DNA of 63,958 nucleotides, counting the filler, from Saprolegnia diclina VS20 (taxonomy: Eukaryota): NCBI RefSeq assembly GCF_000281045.1. It is 9 parts of 3 records of this genome, joined end to end, with 100 filler letters (N's around TTAATTAATTAA, not from the genome) between each part and the next. Parts side by side here need not be neighbours in the genome. Positions count along the whole stretch, not along the records: positions 46,276 to 48,338 come from NW_008246094.1; positions 48,439 to 59,288 come from NW_008246095.1; 7 more parts are not named here. One strand, given 5' to 3'. A model generated the notes under the pieces. It did not search any database. It was not told the DNA's origin and saw nothing but the letters and a program-made list of their open reading frames with translations. Position numbers and translations under genes: made by a program. Shown piece by piece: positions 47,099-59,388 of the stretch (positions are counted from its first letter, which is position 1; every line of letters begins with the position of its first letter).

Positions 47099-47656
47099 AT
47101 GACGTGCTTCCTTCGCGCATCCAGCACGACCGTGCGCTTCCTCAACATTGTGATCGCACTGCTCCAGGTGACCGCGGGTCTCAACGGCGTCTTTAGCTTG
47201 ACCCACCTCGTGACGCTCGACTGGGCGCCCGTCTTCATCTCGGCGTACGCGATGCTCTTTGCCATTCCGCTCCTCCTTTTCGAGTGCAAGTGCAAGGTCT
47301 TCCAGACGTCATTGCGCCACCACTGCGGCTTTCTCTTTCATTTTTACGGTCGGTGCGGGTACCTACTCTTCATTGCGCTCCTGGACGTCGGCGTGCCCGG
47401 TGGGCTCGGCGTTGTCGCGGCGCTCACGATTGCCGGGACGATCGGGCTCATGCTCTTCCTCCGCTGTTGTGGCGCCAAGGACGACGTCGACGAAGAGGAG
47501 GTGGCGCTGACGAGCCGCACGGCGGCGCAAGACTACCAGGCGCTTGCGTCGTCCAAGACTGTCAAGAAGGTCGTCAAGCTCACAAGTATTACTACGACGG
47601 ACCTCCAAGCGAAATACACAGATTTTGAGGACCATACGACGACGCTAGTGTACTAA
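47099..47656 (+). CDS. COPI-associated / TVP15-like Golgi membrane protein
   Basis: Four hydrophobic helices with Y..LF....L..E and GFLFHFYGRCGYLLF. Confidence 0.8.
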   Translation: MTCFLRASSTTVRFLNIVIALLQVTAGLNGVFSLTHLVTLDWAPVFISAYAMLFAIPLLLFECKCKVFQTSLRHHCGFLFHFYGRCGYLLFIALLDVGVPGGLGVVAALTIAGTIGLMLFLRCCGAKDDVDEEEVALTSRTAAQDYQALASSKTVKKVVKLTSITTTDLQAKYTDFEDHTTTLVY

Positions 47657-48233
47657 TCAATACTCGCGCCAGCTACCCGCACCATTTTCAACGCGAATGT
47701 TAGATCAGATTGTAGATGGCTTGATCACAAAGTTCTGTAGTATCTTCAGATGGCCACTGCCCACGAAACCAGCACGCGTACCACATGGCATCAACAGATG
47801 GCCGCGCGTCCACTCAACGGACTTGCCCAAATGTACCGGAACAACTGCCAGGCGCTTGACTTACATGTGCCCTCCCTTCCTCTAGCGACTAGTAGAACAC
47901 ACATTTTTACTGCAAACCCCCAACCAAACCCGGGGCTTTGATGAGCATTCACATCTTCGCAACGACCCTTCGGGCAACAGTTGGCTGCCCACAAGCACCT
48001 GCTTTTGTCAAATTAAAAGTGCCAAGTCTCTCTGCTCCTGGCTCATTTTGGCGGAATGTACACAGTACAGAGACGTTCGATATCGACGTCACGTTTGCTG
48101 TCGAGAACAAAACTGTGTGTTATAATGACACGCAAGACGATCTTGTCGAGAGTCGTTACCTCTGGACTGAAAATAAAAAGGCCCCATGCGGTCCACGGCC
48201 GCCACAAGAGGACGCCATTTTCCCATTCGATCC

Positions 48234-48338
48234 ATGACGCACCCCAAGTGCCGCAACGCGTACCAGCGCATGATGCAGCGCCGGTACAAGCAAGCCCACC
48301 TCAAGCTCCGTGCCGAGCTTATCGAGACCGCTGCGCTC
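48234..48338 (+). CDS. bZIP-like family member, 5' end cut by linker
   Basis: MTHPKCRNAYQRMMQRRYKQAHLKLRAELIETAAL. Confidence 0.75.
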
Positions 48339-48546
48339 NNNNNNNNNNNNNNNNNNNNNNNNNNNNNNNNNNNNNNNNNNNNTTAATTAATTAANNNNNN
48401 NNNNNNNNNNNNNNNNNNNNNNNNNNNNNNNNNNNNNNAGTGCCATTCTGGATACATGGATAGTTGAAGATTTCGCTTGGATAATCGTCGGTTGAAACGC
48501 CTGTGGCCGTCTCGTGGCGGTATCTTCATTGCCTGCGTCGCCTAAT

Positions 48547-48852
48547 ATGGACCGCGTGATTGCGCTTTGCACAAGCGTGTGGCGCGAGGTGCAGGAAGAC
48601 GGCCTCGAAGCCTTCCTCTTCCCGCGCGCTGCCTACTGCGCTGTACCCCAATGCGAATCCGACGTACCGCTGCGAGTCGATCGCGCGTCTCATCGAGTTA
48701 CGTACGACGCAACGGACGACGCCTTTGGCCTGCCCGAGGACTATGACGAGATTGCTACTGATTCGAAGCGACAGCGCTACTGCGACCCTGCGCCTCGATT
48801 CGATGCGAAGGACGGTAGCACGATCTCCCTCCTCTCGGCGTCGCGCGCGTGA
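48547..48852 (+). CDS. Small hypothetical protein
   Basis: 101-aa ORF with host-like codon bias; no recognisable motif. Confidence 0.45.
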   Translation: MDRVIALCTSVWREVQEDGLEAFLFPRAAYCAVPQCESDVPLRVDRASHRVTYDATDDAFGLPEDYDEIATDSKRQRYCDPAPRFDAKDGSTISLLSASRA

Positions 48853-48966
48853 GACCCACGACTACTGTGCTATCTATGAGCCACCGAGAGCGATGCATCC
48901 CCTGCATGGAGTTTCGATGGACCAATGCATTTTGACGTCGAGTTTACTGTCGAGTTGCAGCCATGG

Positions 48967-50340
48967 CTAGGCGTCGAAGCCGCTCAAGGTGAGGGCAATG
49001 GGCAAGTGGTCGCTACCCGTGATCGCCGACCGAATCGCAGAGTCCTCCTACACAACGTCGCTGGTCCGTTGCAGAGAAGTAGAGCCACGGGACGTACGAC
49101 GTGCGGCAAGAGCGCGCGTGAGGCGACAAAGTAGTCGAGGCGCCAGCCCTTGTTCTTCTCGCGCGCCCCAAACCGGTAGGAAAAGTATGAGAACGTTTGC
49201 GTCTCGGGGTACTTGGACCGGAACGTGTCGATGAATCCGTCGGCAAGGAGCGAGCCAAAGCTCTCGCGTTCGGCGTCCGTAAAGCCCGCCGACTTGTTGC
49301 GCTATTCCAGAGACCGATCGTATCGTTGGCCTGCATTCGGAACGTACGTTGCCCTTGGGGTCGTGGATGTCGATCTCTTCGTACGCGACGTTCAAGTCGC
49401 CACACCACACGACGGGCTTGGCTTGTTCGAGCTCCTTGAGCTTGGCAAAGAGAGCCGTGTCCCACTTCTTGGTGCGGTACTCGAGCCTATGGTGTATCTG
49501 AACCGCTCGTTGGTGTTGTTGTGTATGTACCGGTCCAGCTTTTGGCCTGCGTTGGGCACCTATGGGTGGGCGTGCGATGAGATATCGCAAGCGATTAGAC
49601 TCGAGTACGTAGGTGTGGACGACCCAAAAGTTGTCAAATTCGAGCGCGAGGAAGCGGCCTTCGTCGTCGACTTGGCCATCGACAACGATTTCGTCGAGCA
49701 CGCTGAGCGGCTTGGTCTTGGCGAACACGGCCGTACCAGAGTACCCTACAGAACGGAGTTTATTAAGTAGCTGGAGGCAATTTCTCGAGGCCATACCTTT
49801 TTGCGTCGCACACTTCCAGTACTGGTACTCGTACAGCGGCAGAATGTTGCGGACCGCACCGAGCGACGCGTCGTCGATCTTGGTCTCGCTCAAGCACAGT
49901 ACGTCGGGATCTTCACGTGCAATGTACGCGCGAAAGTAGTTGTCCTTCTTGAGCACTGCACGGAGCCCGTTGACGTTCCTATGGCCCAAGATACGGGCGG
50001 TGTCAGATGCGAGGTAGCAAGCGCGAACGACGTACCAGGCGAGAACGCGGTACTGCGCCGACGATGACGGCGCGGGAATGATACCGTCAAAAGCCTTGAG
50101 GTCGTCGTCCGTGAGCGTCGGAAACTCTGCGTCGGCGACCGGCGCCGCTGCTTTCTTGGCCGGCTTCTTGAGCTGGTCGCCTTTGGGAGCTTTCAAAAAG
50201 TCCCAGCCGGCCGGCTGCGCCTTCTTGGGCGCCGGCGCGGGCGCTTCGCCCGTAGCGTCGCCAGCCTTCTTGGACGCACGCGTCGCACGCTTCGCTGCGG
50301 GCTTGTCCTCGGTCGTCGTCGCCTTGCGCTTTCCCGCCAT
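48967..50340 (-). CDS. APEX1: AP endonuclease / exodeoxyribonuclease III (APE1-like)
   Basis: Basic N-terminal tail, WNVNG (spliced), LCLSETK, GYSG, DDEGR, WCGDLNVA, WRLDYF, GSDHLP; multiple short introns. Confidence 0.93.
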
Positions 50341-50545
50341 GCTGTCCTCGCCCGTCCAGCAGCAAAATGAAAATGGAAATGGGCGGTATTTCGATCAAGT
50401 GCGCTTTGGCACCTTCAAGTGGACGGAAATAGTGTGTGGAAAATGTTTAGGCCCCCTCCCCATGTATCGTATTGGTGCGTTTTGGGTAGACCCCCCCGTT
50501 ACGGTTGTGCACAGTCATCACCCGCGTTATTTTAGAAGGGCGCCG

Positions 50546-52414
50546 ATGGCAACGACGAAGCACACCGACGATCCATTGGCCTCCACGGTGTACGAGAGCC
50601 CGCGCTTCTACGTGGCGTTCCTCGGCCTCGGCCTTGGTTCGTGGGTCATGTCCGATTGTACGTCCTTCGCTGGCCGAAATCATGTCATGTACCCTTGGCT
50701 GTAGTTGTCTTTGCAGAGGTTGCCGCGCTCGTCCAGGTGCATTGCCCATGTCTACCGCCATGCTTAGCGCGTGCTATAGCACACGCCAGAAGGACCGGCG
50801 ATTGGCGTCTACGTGGTTTGGGCTAGCAACGTGTACGTATTGTTCTTACGGCATGTACTAGATTGCTGCGCTGCAATCGGCCAACGTTTTCCCAATGCTG
50901 TACATGCTCTTCAACAGCTCACAGCAGCGCGTCTCGATCCCAACCATGATTTGGTTACTGCTTGCCTTTGGTGTGATGGCCTGTCGTACGCCTCCCTTTT
51001 CTCTAGTGGCTGTGTGTGATGCGACCTTCTAGTACTCTTGGCAACGACGTGGCACATGACGTCAAGTCTCTTTGGCGAACCCCGTAGCTCGGGTACAATT
51101 CTGCACCCAACGGACTCGTCTTGATGGTGGCTTTAGCGTTGCTCTTCTTTGTGTTTTGTGGCGGCATTGTCAGCGCCACGTCGAGCGTCGTCTTTTACCC
51201 GTTCGTATCTATGTACCCCGCCATCTCGACAAGGTGCGTCTCGATCGCTGTGGTCCCGTAGCTGCAAACGCTGCGACTAGTGCCTTGGCGACGGGCGAAA
51301 GCCTCGGCGCTGTTATCGCTGGCTTTCTCGCGCTCGCGCAAGATGTGGGCAGCCCCGAGATGTATTTTTCGATCGGCTCCTACTTTGCATGCGCAGGTAC
51401 ACTATATCGCTGGTCGTTTTGGATACTGAGATGTACATGCAGCTGTGGTGTTTGTGGTGTCGATGGCGGCCTTTGGCTACCTGCGAACGCACGGGCGTCC
51501 TGCACCGGAGCTCTCAAATGAGCGCGCGTGGCTGCTAGATCCGACGCAATCGTATACGGTAGTCACAACGTGTCGACGGAAGCTGCATCGTGTTTTGCTA
51601 AACTAGTGTCAAGAAGACTGGCACGTCGTTCGCGTCATTGGCAAGGTATTACCTCGCGTCTGTATATGACATGTGGCTAACCCTGGCACGCTAGCCGCTC
51701 GCATGTCAATTCGCTCTGGCTTGCTTTAGCTTTGCGGTCGTTCCCTCGGTGTTGCCAATCGTCGGCTCCAAGTACATGGTACGAGACAGTTTGCAACGTT
51801 TGGTTGATGTCAAAACGACTCGTCTAGCACAGTGGAGTTGTGCTGAAATGGGCCTCAGTCCTCGGCATGCTCTGTGACCCCCTCGCCCGATTCCTCACCA
51901 CGTACGGAATGGCCTTGCACAGTCATATCGAATAATGCGTTTCTAGGTTTTACCATGCGCGTCGGGTCGGCCTCCTCACGCTACTGGCGCTGGCGACTGG
52001 CGTACGTATTGCTATTCAAATACATCATGCTGGAGGACAATATGTGCATTGTAGCTCTGCATGGCCATCCAAGCTTCCAGTCGTGTGCCGCTCTGGAGCC
52101 ATACGTCCAATGGAGGCATCGTCGGTACGACATCCATCTAGGATGAGCTTGCCTCAAATGGACTCGTAGTGGTTCTCTTGCACTGCACGTACATGTCGTT
52201 GGCAGGGTACACGCAAACGTGCTTGTACCAAGTCCTTCAAGGTATAGTCTCGGTTGCCACGTGTGTCGTTCTCATGCTTTGTGTAGAAATGAATGTTGAG
52301 AACGTCAAGGTAGCGTACCAGTGGTCGGGATTTGTGACACAAATGGGCGCACTCTCGGGCACAGTCGTTACATTTGGCCTTGTGGCGTTCACAAATGTCT
52401 TTTCGACGGCGTGA
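50546..52414 (+). CDS. SLC52/riboflavin-transporter-like membrane protein, paralog 1
   Basis: GLGSW, FAEVAALVQ/HTPEG, QSANVFP, TGESLGAVIAG, GFVTQMGALSG parallel SLC52 (GxGSW..ELP..PEGW..QxAN..G..TQ.GS). More than 10 introns. Confidence 0.7.
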
Positions 52415-52709
52415 AACATTCTAGAAGATTTGAATGACATGAATTGAAGAAGCAACTTCCATGACGAATGCGATACGACAACCGTGCAAGCCCTGAATGT
52501 TCCAGTGGCGTGTTGGAACATACTTCTTCTGCGCTTGTTTTGTCGCTGTACCACCTCTTGTCGATTGTTGAGCTTGGACGGCACGGTTGTCGGTGGCTGC
52601 GACTACAAATCAGCGCTGTGACGACCAGAATCATTGCTCCAGATACTGTACTAACGATATGCCAAGGACCAAGGACGTCTGGGAGCGATCGTCCAAAGGC
52701 AAAATGGCC

Positions 52710-52950
52710 GGCTGATTGACCACATACTTCCTATTTTTGGCCAATCAAACAAACTGCAACAATTTTAAGCGCTTCGATTCGCTTTTTTATGTCGATATTC
52801 CAGCCAATGTACATGCTATTCCATTCCTTTGTAGCTTTGATTGGCCAAAAATGAGGAACATCGGTCGGTCATGATTGGTCAGCGTCCCGTATAACGTCAG
52901 TCCATTCTTCTTCCACAACCACGTGAACAACGCAAGCACCAATCTATAAA
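52710..52950. promoter_or_regulatory. Cluster of CCAAT boxes upstream of SLC52-like paralog 2
   Basis: GGCCAATCA (~52739), AGCCAAT (~52802), TGATTGGCC (~52838), TGATTGGTC (~52872), ACCAATC (~52938). Confidence 0.45.
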
Positions 52951-53329
52951 GTAGCATAACGTATCGCGATGTCCGCAATGTGCATTCAACTTGGTTCCTT
53001 GATTTTCTCTCATTCTAGTAAGGGCGATGATTTCTTGGGTGATCCGCGTGATCCATCATGACCCATGATCGGAAGGAAAGTCTGCGGGTTTTCAGAAATC
53101 GGCGCCAAACCGCCAATCATCGCGCTGTTTACGTTACCAACGCAGCAATCTGTCGCCGCATTTTCAACGGCACATTTTTCTTTTTCAAAATCAATACAAA
53201 TAGCAAGATAGTACGCGACCAACGAATTGTGTAAAGCGACACAATTTGGCGGCGTATTTTTTGGTTGCTGCGGGCTAAAAACGTGCGCGGCTGGACGGGT
53301 GCGAGTTGCCGTTCAATCTCAAACCTGCC

Positions 53330-55164
53330 ATGTCGGAGCTCAAGGTGCACTCGACACGCCATACGTACCTGGCCTTTATCGGCTTTGGCCTTGGGTCCTG
53401 GGTTATCTCCGACTGTACGCACCTTCCTTCTGCATATTCATCCTCGTATCACGACTGAACGCTTCGATAGTTGTCTTTGCCGAGTTTGCCGCCCTCATGC
53501 AGGTATAAACTCGCTTGCCAGTGAGCACACACGAGACGTCGACTAGAAAACGCCCGAAGGCTACTCGATCGGCGCCTATGTGGTACGACCGCGCACCGCT
53601 TTCGAGTGGGCATGGGATCGACGGCGTGTAGATTGTGGCGTTGCAATCGGCCAACATCTTTCCGCTGCTCTACATGCTCTTCAACAGCCGCCAGCAGCTG
53701 ATTTCGATCCCGACCATGATCTGGGGCCTCCTTGTGCTCGGCATGATCGCGTGCAGTACGTGACGATCTTGTGCGACGTTGCCACTTATGGTTTGCGTGT
53801 GCAGTATTGTTGTCGATCTTTTGGGACACCAAGACTGTCATTGGCGGTCATTTGCACAGTACTGGTACGTCCCCTCTTCGCTATCTAGCATGCATCCCAA
53901 CCATGGGTAGCTCTCTTTGCCATGATTTTCTGTGGCGGCGCCGTCAGTGCCACGTCGACGGTCGTCTTTTACCCGTTTGCGGCTACGTACCCCGTCATGT
54001 TTACAAGGTACTACAACGATGTGATGCGAAGCGGAAGCTCATCGTATCCAATACATAGCGCCCTCGCGACTGGCGAGAGCCTCGGCGCCGTCATTGCCGG
54101 CGTCTTGGCCATCATCCAGGACGTCGGGAGTGACCCGATGACGTTTTCGGTCGGCGTGGCCTTTCTCTGTGGCGGTACGATTCTTGTCACGCTGCATGTC
54201 GCCCTCATGGCAGCGGCGTGTGTGCTAGCCTTCACTTTCCTCATCTCATTTGCTTCGTTTGCCTACCTTCGGCGCCAGACAACGTCGGTCGAGATCTTTG
54301 CCGACCAAGAAATGTTGCTCCAGCAGCCGGTACATACTTGATCGTCGCTCTCTTGCTAAATGGCTTATATACCAACTTAGCACATGGCCCACTCGACCGT
54401 TCTCAAGGCGATTTGGCGCGTACGACCTCGGACAGTATTGGTTATCGACACGATGCTCACGTTGCTCGTCGTTCGTAGACGCTTTTGTGCCAATGGCTCC
54501 TGGCCATCTTTAGCTTTGCGGTGATTCCATCCGTGTTGCCGATCCTCGGCGGCAAGTACAAGGTGCATCATGCGGCTTGGCTTTTCGGATTTTAGACGTC
54601 TCATGTACTCGTGTTAGCACTCGCCGGTCGTGATGAAGTGGACGTCGGTCTTGGGTATGCTTTGTGATCCGACCGCACGCTTTATTGCGGGCTTCTACCG
54701 CATCAAGAAGGTCGAAGTGTTTACGGCTGCCGCCCTTTTCTTTGCTGTGCGTTTGTTGCGTGCACCGAGATGATACCGATGTTCCAATCCGTTGTAGCTC
54801 TGGCTCACGGTATGGGCTTCGTACAAGGCGCCGCTGTGGTGTGACGCGCCGGCCGGCGGTGTCATGGGTACGTCATATCTCTTAGGTGCGCTATCGTGTG
54901 TTTACGACTTGTGCAGTGGTGATCGCCAACTGCTTTTACACGTCGCTCTCGGCGTTCACTCAAACAAGTTTGTACCAAGTGCTCAAAGGTACAACAGCGA
55001 AATGTCATTTTAGCATCGGACGCATTTGCCGACTAGATGTCGACGTGAACCACAAGCTCGCATACCAATGGTCTGGCTTCACAACACAAATGGGCGCGCT
55101 CCTCGGCACGGCGGTCATTTTCTGCCTCGTGACGCTCACCAACGCTTTCCCGTCGGCCTACTAG
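53330..55164 (+). CDS. SLC52/riboflavin-transporter-like membrane protein, paralog 2
   Basis: GLGSWVISD, FAEFAALMQ/KTPEGY, QSANIFP, TGESLGAVIAG, GFTTQMGALLG. Intron positions largely shared with paralog 1. Confidence 0.7.
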
Positions 55165-55764
55165 CCGTCACCAACACGCAGTAGACTCTCTCGTCTAGTA
55201 TTTTTGTACTACCTACTAGGAACGACTAAACAAAACACCCGACAACAACAATATCCTGTCGGTGGCGTCTCTGGATGTCCCTCATGATTGGATCTCTGCA
55301 CCATGCTGGATGCTGTCGCTGCACGCGAAGGGCAAACTCAGAGTCCCATCGGTGTCGTTCCTCCAAGCTAGATCCGACGACAACAGCAGGTACAAAGTTG
55401 CGACCACGGGGCCCATCAACAGCGTCAGAAATACGGAACCAAAATCTTCGCAAGAGTCCGCCGATGCTAGCGATACTACTGGCGGCCCTTTACTATACTC
55501 GTCTACGTCATTGCAGGCGCGCCATTGGGTCATCAAAGCGTCGACTTCACTTCAAGTCGGGCTTAGCTAATTCTGTTTGTTTCGTATTCACATGGCAGCG
55601 ATGTGTGCGCCGAAGCCTGTCGAGCAAACATGTGCGATGGCACGAGATTTGCTTGAATGTGGTATTTGTGGCGCATTTGCCACCAATAAGATGCTATTTC
55701 CGGCATTTGCCACCCAGCCGACGCCTTGCCACAGTTCTTTTGACGAATTGGCCGGTCGATCAGC

Positions 55765-58306
55765 ATGGGCGTCCAGAGCAAGCTCGCAGGCGCGTCCGCG
55801 CTGACGTTTATCGGGCTGGCGCTTGTGATCCGGGAGAAGGGCCAGAAGGATGCCAAGGCCGCGTGCGAGCTCAACTCGCAGTTTTCGCCGCAAAAGTCCA
55901 AGGGCCAGGAGAAGAAGGTCGCGATCAACAAGGTCGCGCTCGTCGTGTCGCCGGCCGTCGCCGCTCACGTGCCATGTAGGAGTTTCTCGATCGCTTCATG
56001 CGCCTCTTCCGCATCATCATCCCGGGTCTATGGACGCCCGAAGTCGCGTATGCCATTGGCGTCGCCGCGCTCCTTGCGATGCGCACGTCGTTTGACATTA
56101 CGATCCTCCAGATCATCACGTCCATCGAGCGCGCCATGTACGACCATGAATTGCATGCATGCGCTTAGGATGCATGTAGCATTGGGCGGTCGTCCAAGGA
56201 CTTTGTGCACCACTTGTCGCGCTTCTTCCTCATCATGCTGCCCGTGTCGTGCGTCAACTGCCTCCTCAAGTATGGCCACACGGAGCTGAGCCTTCGGTTC
56301 CGGACGCGCCTCTCGACCTTTCTGTACACCAAGTACCTCCATGAGTACACGTACTACAAGGTGTCGAACCTCGACGCACGCATCTCCAACCCCGACCAGC
56401 TGCTCACGGTACAGTGGTCCCGAGTCACGATGCGTCGTTGTGAGGATGGTTGTCCTAGGTTGACGTCGAGCGCTTTGCGACGTCGGTCGCCGACCTCTAC
56501 TCGAACGTAACCAAGCCCCTTCTTGACATTGGCATTTACGCCGTCAAGCTCACGGGCACGATTGGTCTTGCCGGTATGACGCCTTTGTACCGGTCGTATC
56601 TGATGGTGATGTAGGCCCTATGACGATGTTGAGCTACTTGGTGGGCTCGGGCATGTTCCTCACGTGGCTGCGTCAACCCACAGGCCGCTTCACCATTGCA
56701 GAGCAGCGGCTCGAGGGCGCGTACCGGTACATTAACGCGCGCCTCATCACCCACGGCGAAGGTACATTTTTTTTTTTTTTTTGCATTTTTCGCTTTTGGT
56801 TGAAAATATCTTTTGCGTAGAAATTGCGTTCTACAATGGCAACAAGCGCGAGGCGTCGATCCTGCAATCGTCGTTTGACGCACTCGTGTCACTCATTCGC
56901 CAGTCGCAGCAATTCCGCTTCTCGATGAGCGTCATTGACAGCGTCATTGCCAAGGTAATTTGGCTCAATTGTGTGGTTATGGTCTCATGCGCTGCCAGTA
57001 CTTTGCCACGGTACTGGGCTTTGTGCTCGTCTCGCGGCCATTCTTGGACTTGAACGACCCGCGCCATCTCAACTCGTCCCACGCCGACCGCATGCAGGAC
57101 TACTTTCGGTCGGGCAAAATGCTCATGAAGCTCTCGGAAGCCATGGGGCGACTCGTGCTCTCGGGCCGCGAGCTCACGCGCCTCGCGGGCTTTACGTGCC
57201 GCGTCGCCGACATGATCTCCGTGCTCGACGACCTCCATAACGGCAAGTACACGCGCACGATGGTGACGCCGTCGCCCGACGATGCCGACGCGTCGGCGCT
57301 CGTGCCCAATAGCGGCACCCTCGAGTACGCCGATCACGTCATCGAATTCGAGGTACGTCGACTCGTTGCGCGGCATACGTTGACGTGCTTGGATGTAGAA
57401 AGTGCCGCTCGTGACGCCCAACGGCGACGTGCTTGTCCGGTCGCTGTCGTTCAAGGTACCCTTCCACACACATTTGAAGTGGAACGATGGGAGGCTCTGT
57501 GCAGGTGACGTCGGGGATGAACGTGGTCGTGTGTGGCCCGAATGGCTGCGGCAAGAGCTCGCTCTTCCGTATTCTCGGCGAGCTTTGGCCCATGTTTGGT
57601 GGCAAGGTACGCTTGTTTCTTGATGGATAAATCATTTGATGGATTGTCTGTGGTGTAGTTGACCAAGCCGAGTCGCAACAACTTGTTTTACATCCCGCAG
57701 CGCCCGTATTTGACGCTCGGTACCGAGTTTTTACATTTTTATATTTGCAATGCTAAGCATATTGGCGCGTAGGGAGTCTTCGTGACCAGATCATTTACCC
57801 AGACACGCTCGAAGGCATGGAAGCGGCTAAAAAGTCGGACGACGATTTGCTCGAGCTCCTCAAACTCGTGCAGCTCGAGTACCTCGTGACGCGCGACGAC
57901 GGTAGAGTTGTACACGCATGCCATATCCAATTCTGTATTGCACTAGACCAAGAGGATCCGTGGGGCGTTGTCAAGGACTGGTCGGACGTTCTCAGCGGCG
58001 GCGAGAAGCAGCGTGTGGCCATGGCCCGACTCTTTTTCCATGCCCCGCAGTTTGCAATTCTGGACGAGTGCACGTCGGCTGTGAGCGTTGACGTCGAGGG
58101 CTTGATGTATGACTACTGCAAGAGCCAAGGCATCACGCTCTTCACGGTCTCGCACCGCAAGTCGCTCTGGAGCTACCACGAATATGTCCTCAAGGTGCGC
58201 TTTATCTGTCGCACCGCGCGTGGTTGATGATCTGTGATAGTTTGACGGCCGTGGGGCGTACGAGTTCCGTCGCATTGAAGAGAGCGACGCAGCCTTTGGC
58301 TCGTAG
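55765..58306 (+). CDS. Peroxisomal ABC half-transporter, ABCD (PMP70/ABCD3-like)
   Basis: [22 protein letters not shown] (spliced), [41 protein letters not shown]; ends AAFGS*. Confidence 0.95.
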
Positions 58307-58757
58307 ATGTTTCCGGCCTCCGCCAAGCATACACATTGTCTGTAGACCTTGCCTAACGCATGTATAACCATCGCCTTGGTGGACTTGTTGCACGCAACTA
58401 TGGAGCGCGGTATTGCGGGATAGGTTTGGATACAGGCCGAAAATGGCGTGCGTTTAGCTGCACGGATCATTCCGGTGCCTGGCCCTTTGTATTTGGCACG
58501 TTTTGATTGGTCAGATTCCACACGATGCGCTCCGCGCGCCACGTCATTGCACCGCGCTTCAAAGGGCAGAACGCCAACAGAACGCAGTGGACGCGCTGCA
58601 GACACAGAACTTAGTATGCTGGACGAGCGCCTGCCACTGCCGGCGCGCCCTCTGTATGATGACAGGGTATCTAACTTTGGCCGACTATCCTTCGATGTTC
58701 GATTTTTTATGTTCCATATATCCGACGCATTTTGCTACAGCTGCAAGTATCAGAACG

Positions 58758-59288
58758 ATGCGACGTGGTGTGGGCTTCGTGCTAGCGTTCCTGCTGCTCG
58801 GCGCCGCCCTCGTGGCCCGCGCAGCCACGATCGACGTGATCGAGCTCCCAAGCTCGGTCCTCTCGGTCTTCAGCGACGAAGCTCTGACGTTCGACATGCA
58901 GCGCATTGAAAATGCATTTGCGTTGCCGAACAACATGTACTCGGTGATGGCGGCCCGCGTCGTCACCAACCAGCCGCTGCAGACAGTCTGCACCAACTGC
59001 TCGATTGATGATGCCTTTCCCGCGCTCGCACTGCCGACACCAGCCTACATCCTATCGACCACTTCGACGTGGCTTGGCATCTTACCTAGTCGCCCCATTA
59101 ATTTGCCCATCGAGTTGACGGTGCAAATGATGACGACATCGTTCTACACCAATGCCACACAGCTCTATCAGCGCAAGTATACTCTCGACGTACTCACTGT
59201 GTCGGTGCCGCCGAGCTTGGCGGTCTCGGTGTCCAACCGGTCGGTGGCGTACGCAACAGCGGCCGTCATGAACGTGACGACGACCGGC
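58758..59288 (+). CDS. Secreted or surface protein, 5' part cut by linker
   Basis: Signal-peptide-like MRRGVGFVLAFLLLGAALVARA, then beta-rich T/S/V sequence with NxS/T sites. Confidence 0.7.
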
Positions 59289-59388
59289 NNNNNNNNNNNN
59301 NNNNNNNNNNNNNNNNNNNNNNNNNNNNNNNNTTAATTAATTAANNNNNNNNNNNNNNNNNNNNNNNNNNNNNNNNNNNNNNNNNNNN

